From Minisyncoccia bacterium (GTDB taxonomy: Bacteria; Patescibacteriota; Minisyncoccia; SW-4-49-11): a stretch of DNA of 64,000 nt. The DNA lies in contig JBIKVS010000001.1 in assembly GCA_044356725.1 (NCBI GenBank), positions 36,873 through 100,872 of the forward strand, written 5' to 3'. Under the pieces are notes generated by a model. The model was not told the origin of the DNA and did no database searches. It saw only the letters and a program-made list of their open reading frames with translations. The position numbers and the translations under genes are program-made. Positions 59,949 to 64,000 of this stretch are shown here, piece after piece; position 1 is the first letter of the stretch, and each line of letters begins with the position of its first letter.

Positions 59949-60269
59949 ATGAGAAAGTTTGTTCGTAATAAAGAAAACTTTGTCTGTAAAAAATGTGGAA
60001 CATCTGTAGAAGGTAATGGTTATACAAATCATTGTCCAGAGTGTTTATATTCACTACATATAGATAGAAATCCAGGAGATAGACAAGAGCAATGTCATGG
60101 ATTAATGAAACCAATAGATATATTGACTAAAGGTGGCGATCCAAAATATGTAGTACATCAGTGTATGATTTGTAAAATAGTGAAGCGAAATATCTTAAAC
60201 CCATTAGACTCAAGTCAGGCTGTGATTAATGTGATGCGTGAGAAAGTACAAAGAGAAATGATGCGTTAG
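59949..60269 (+). CDS. RNHCP domain protein
   Basis: FVCKKCG, TNHCPECLYSLHID, PGDR, HQCMIC. Confidence 0.88.
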   Translation: MRKFVRNKENFVCKKCGTSVEGNGYTNHCPECLYSLHIDRNPGDRQEQCHGLMKPIDILTKGGDPKYVVHQCMICKIVKRNILNPLDSSQAVINVMREKVQREMMR

Positions 60270-60323
60270 CTTCTTGTTATATTTTATTTATGCTATAATA
60301 AAAATAAGTAATATAAAAATAAT

Positions 60324-61973
60324 ATGAATTATATAAATCAAATTATACCACTAGAAGTTGTAATATTTAGTGGTATTACCCATCTATTACTGGGAATATA
60401 TATATATTTATTTGCTTATAAATTATCTAATAAAAATTATATTGCAGCCAAATACCTGTCATATATTTGTTTTGCAGTATTTAACTGGATACTTTGGATT
60501 ATTATACAAGATCTCTATATAATACCTTTAGAAAATATTTTGACATTATATATTACTAATGTTTTAATTTATTTTTCTTTTATCACTATCATCCAATCCT
60601 TTGTCTTTTTTGCAATATCTTTTAATAATAAACAAATTTCTCAAAAATATAATTTTTTAAATTATCCATATATATTGACTATATTATTAATTTTTATTCC
60701 ACAAATTGGAATCTTCAGACTCGATACTAATAATCCTATTACGTATAACTCTATATCTTATTATATATTATTTTTATATGCTATTTCATACTGTACTTTA
60801 TATATAAAAGTATTCATTGATAAATACAATACTATACATAATAAAAATATACAAAATAATATACAGCTTTTTCTAACCTTACCTATTTTAGGCTTGGTTG
60901 TGACATTAATATCTAATATTATAATCCCTTCAATATTACGAGATACAAGCTTTATTTATTATGGGCCTATATTTATGTTAATGTTAGTAGTTACAATTTT
61001 TGTATCTATATTTAAATATAAACTATTTTATATTAATCTTCCAGTGGCTAATCTTTTAATTACTTTAATTTTTACTTTGATTCTGTTAATAATGAGATTT
61101 TCTCTAATAGATAATAGTGTATTGCGGCAATTACAAACTAATATATTATTTACCTTTATTTTTGCTTGGATTTATATATTTTTAACTAGAGAAGTTTATA
61201 TCGGGTTGAAGAAACAAATTTTATTGAATGCTAAGAAAAAAGAGTTGGAAGTTGCATTAGATTCTAAAAATAGTTTTTTACAAAATTCATCGCATCAGTT
61301 TAGAACTCCACTTACAGTTATTTTAGGATATTTAGGAATGATTATAAATAAAGAAAATCCTAAATATGAGCTGAATCAAGTAGCCTTAGAGGATTTGAAT
61401 AAAACATATATCAGTGCAAAAAATTTAAATGAAATCATTAATGATGTATTGGCTGCCAATGATGTGAATACTGGTAAATTCGGAGTAAGAATTCAAGATA
61501 GGGTGGATTTAAAGAAGCTCATACAATCTATTATTGTTGAAAAAAAAGAATTATTATATAGTAAATCAACAAAGGTGAATTTAAAAAGCAAGGGTAAAAA
61601 TACCTTAGCTAATATAGACTCTGCTAAAATCAAAGAAGCGCTTAACAATATTTTTGACAATGCAGTATTTTATGGTAAAGGTCAGGTTGATATTTTGATA
61701 AACTATGAGCTTAAAGATTTTTTCTCAATTTCGATTAAAGATAATGGGGTGGGTATTACAGCTGCTGATGCCAAGAAGATATGGAAAAAATTTGAAAGAG
61801 GTAAAAAATCTCCACAAATCAATCCAAATGGTTCAGGATTAGGTCTATACTTAGCTAAGCAAATCATAACTCAACATGGTGGAGACATTACGGTGGAGTC
61901 AGAGGGATTAAATAAAGGTAGTAATTTCATATTAACTATCCCCAAAAATATTCATCGAAATCTTAAGCAATAG
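60324..61973 (+). CDS. multi-TM sensor histidine kinase
   Basis: Hydrophobic N-half; SHQFRTPL, NIFDNA, DNGVG, GSGLGL. Confidence 0.92.
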   Translation: MNYINQIIPLEVVIFSGITHLLLGIYIYLFAYKLSNKNYIAAKYLSYICFAVFNWILWIIIQDLYIIPLENILTLYITNVLIYFSFITIIQSFVFFAISFNNKQISQKYNFLNYPYILTILLIFIPQIGIFRLDTNNPITYNSISYYILFLYAISYCTLYIKVFIDKYNTIHNKNIQNNIQLFLTLPILGLVVTLISNIIIPSILRDTSFIYYGPIFMLMLVVTIFVSIFKYKLFYINLPVANLLITLIFTLILLIMRFSLIDNSVLRQLQTNILFTFIFAWIYIFLTREVYIGLKKQILLNAKKKELEVALDSKNSFLQNSSHQFRTPLTVILGYLGMIINKENPKYELNQVALEDLNKTYISAKNLNEIINDVLAANDVNTGKFGVRIQDRVDLKKLIQSIIVEKKELLYSKSTKVNLKSKGKNTLANIDSAKIKEALNNIFDNAVFYGKGQVDILINYELKDFFSISIKDNGVGITAADAKKIWKKFERGKKSPQINPNGSGLGLYLAKQIITQHGGDITVESEGLNKGSNFILTIPKNIHRNLKQ

Positions 61974-62020
61974 CTTTTTTCTATAAGATATGTTATAATC
62001 AGCCATAGATAACATAATTT

Positions 62021-63634
62021 ATGTCTAGAAAACTATATATAGCTAGTAATTCAATTGGATTTAGAAGTGGACTAAAACATATATTGAAAGATATATCTGT
62101 GACAATTCATCAAGGAGATAAAATTGCCTTAGTTGGAGATAATGGGTCTGGTAAAACAACTTTACTCAAAATTATAGCTAATTTAATTAAACCAAGTCGG
62201 GGTAAAATTGAAGATTTAGGTACAGTGTGGTATTTTCCACAACTACATCTAGAAATGCTCAATTCAAATTTAAGTATATCAGACTATCTCTCTACTTTAG
62301 TTGAGGAGTGGTGGGATGTACTTGTAAAAGTAGAAGATATATTCAATCTACAAGTGGATCCAATGCGAACCATATCTAGTTTAAGTGGTGGGGAATTAGT
62401 AAAACTGCATTTAGGATTAATATTTTATATTAAACCACAAGTTTTATTATTAGACGAACCAACTAACCATCTTGATATAGAGGCTAAGGAATGGTTAATT
62501 AAAGGAATAGAAGAGTATCCAGACAGTGTAGTTATTGCCTCACATGATACTTCTTTTGCAGATAGAGTCGTTAATAGAGTTTGGGAATTAGAAGATGGCT
62601 ATATCAGAGAGTTTGGAGGAAATGTATCATTTTATAGAGAGCAAAAGAGATTAGAAAATGAAGCTAGATTGAGACGCTATGAAGTAGCCCTCAAGGATAA
62701 AAAAAGACTAGATAAGTCACTACAACTAGAAGAAAGAAGACAAGAGAAAAACACTCAAACAGGTATCAAGGCAAGGCAAGACAGAAGTATGTCCAGAATG
62801 GACCGAGGTTATTTGAAGAGTAAAGCCGAGGTAAGAGCAGGACAGAAAAAAACAATGTATGACTCCAGAATACAGGAAAACAAAGATTTATTAAATGAAT
62901 TAGAACCACAGATTAGAAAAACAGTTCAATATATAGTTAATCATACCCCGAGACCAAATACAGATATTATCTTAGACATAAGAGATGGAGTAGTACGGGT
63001 TAATAATAATAATGAATTAATCAATAATATCAGACTCAGCCTAAATGAAGGAGCAAGAATTGCTGTTCTAGGAGCCAATGGTACAGGTAAAAGTCAATTG
63101 TTAAAAATGCTAGCCAAAAAGCAATTATCAGCAGGCAATATTGATATTAACTCCAAAACCAATATAGTTTATATGGATCAAAACTATAGTATAGTCAAGC
63201 CCAATTTGACTATTTTAGACAATATGAAAAGTTATAATCCCAAAGCATCCTTGATGACCATAAGACAAAAGTTAAGAGAATTCTTATTTTGGGATGATTA
63301 TCAAGTCAATCAATTAGCCTCTAATTTATCAGGAGGTCAAGTAGCCAGACTAGCCTTTGCAATGATCAGTCTAAGTCCAGTAGATTTGTTATTATTAGAT
63401 GAACCAACTAATAACTTAGATATATCTACACAAGATGCAATAATCCAAGGACTATTAAATTATAATGGAGCTTTAATTGTAGTGTCACATTCTATAGATT
63501 TCCTAGAAAGAATAGAGATAGATGAAGTTTATTGTGTTTCTAAACAACAACTTATACAACATCCATATAAAATACAAGACAGCAGATTTCATGACAAGCT
63601 ATTACAAATTATAGGTCAAGGAATCATCGAGTAA
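62021..63634 (+). CDS. ABC-F family ATPase
   Basis: Two ABC domains (GDNGSGKT/LSGGE/DEPTNHLD; GANGTGKS/LSGGQ/DEPTNNLD), charged linker, no TM. Confidence 0.92.
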   Translation: MSRKLYIASNSIGFRSGLKHILKDISVTIHQGDKIALVGDNGSGKTTLLKIIANLIKPSRGKIEDLGTVWYFPQLHLEMLNSNLSISDYLSTLVEEWWDVLVKVEDIFNLQVDPMRTISSLSGGELVKLHLGLIFYIKPQVLLLDEPTNHLDIEAKEWLIKGIEEYPDSVVIASHDTSFADRVVNRVWELEDGYIREFGGNVSFYREQKRLENEARLRRYEVALKDKKRLDKSLQLEERRQEKNTQTGIKARQDRSMSRMDRGYLKSKAEVRAGQKKTMYDSRIQENKDLLNELEPQIRKTVQYIVNHTPRPNTDIILDIRDGVVRVNNNNELINNIRLSLNEGARIAVLGANGTGKSQLLKMLAKKQLSAGNIDINSKTNIVYMDQNYSIVKPNLTILDNMKSYNPKASLMTIRQKLREFLFWDDYQVNQLASNLSGGQVARLAFAMISLSPVDLLLLDEPTNNLDISTQDAIIQGLLNYNGALIVVSHSIDFLERIEIDEVYCVSKQQLIQHPYKIQDSRFHDKLLQIIGQGIIE

Positions 63635-63650
63635 ATTATTAATGGTAATT

Positions 63651-63903
63651 TCGTAGCGGAGCCGTCCCTACTGGAGGTAAACGTTTATCCCTCCACCAAG
63701 TACAGGCGACCTTTTAGTCGCTTGTAATTTTTCTTCGTCTGAGTGAGAACTGAGCTAAATTCCCCTCTTGAGGGGTGGACAGCTTTGCTGGACGGGGTGG
63801 AAAAATTATTAATTATGAATTGTAGTAGCGCCCTTTCAGTCGCCCGTATTTATATAAACTGTTTCAGGCGACTGGAAGGTCGCCCCTACGAAATTCCCAA
63901 CTC
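63651..63903. repeat. REP cluster 4
   Basis: Class C REP with insert at 63651; class B-like copies at 63701, ~63822 and 63865-63891 (-); element 63751-63800 nearly identical to 45035-45103. Confidence 0.85.
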
Positions 63904-64000
63904 ACAGTTCACAATTTAAAACCATCTCAGACAAACCTGTCTAGGATGAAACACATCGTGGAAAGAGAGAAGAGGGAGGATAAATAGGAAGAGGAGCCGT

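Noticed and set aside
282-60114. Other short ORFs overlapping annotated genes (e.g. 282, 1973, 9054, 13214, 22220, 39501, 43342, 47414, 50068)
   Set aside because: Antisense or off-frame shadows of well-supported genes, with no motifs of their own.
1-64000. Complete DGR (RT, avd, template repeat) in the window
   Set aside because: No RT-like ORF in the track, and I found no second copy of 17175-17300 on either strand by eye; only the candidate target is supported.
1-64000. Alternative genetic code (UGA=Gly)
   Set aside because: Housekeeping genes are full length under the standard code and TGA ends genes at sensible positions (17300, 218).
63923-64000. Hairpin and purine-rich tract at the window end
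   Set aside because: Truncated by the window edge; cannot be assigned.

Overview
AT-rich (roughly 30% GC by eye) chromosomal window from a small-genome bacterium. The gene content and mostly Shine-Dalgarno-less starts suggest CPR/Patescibacteria (inference), using the standard genetic code. Most of it is housekeeping: a V/A-type ATPase operon, six aminoacyl-tRNA synthetases, recA, nusA, dnaG-rpoD, secE-nusG, glycolysis and cell-envelope genes. Four things stand out. (1) A type IV pilin fused to an FGE/C-type-lectin domain has a final ~125 nt with the hallmarks of a diversity-generating retroelement (DGR) variable region; I saw no RT or template repeat in the window. It lies head-to-head with a tandem double PilB/GspE ATPase. 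(2) A second pilin shares the same N-terminal module but carries a different tip, and both tips share an extreme purine-rich codon signature. (3) A REP-associated tyrosine transposase (RAYT) carries two REP palindromes in frame, and four intergenic clusters of GTAG-type REPs contain nested ~19-nt inserts. (4) A GC-rich orphan cassette with its own promoter, Shine-Dalgarno site and terminator sits next to tRNA-Thr. All calls come from reading motifs by eye; no searches were run.
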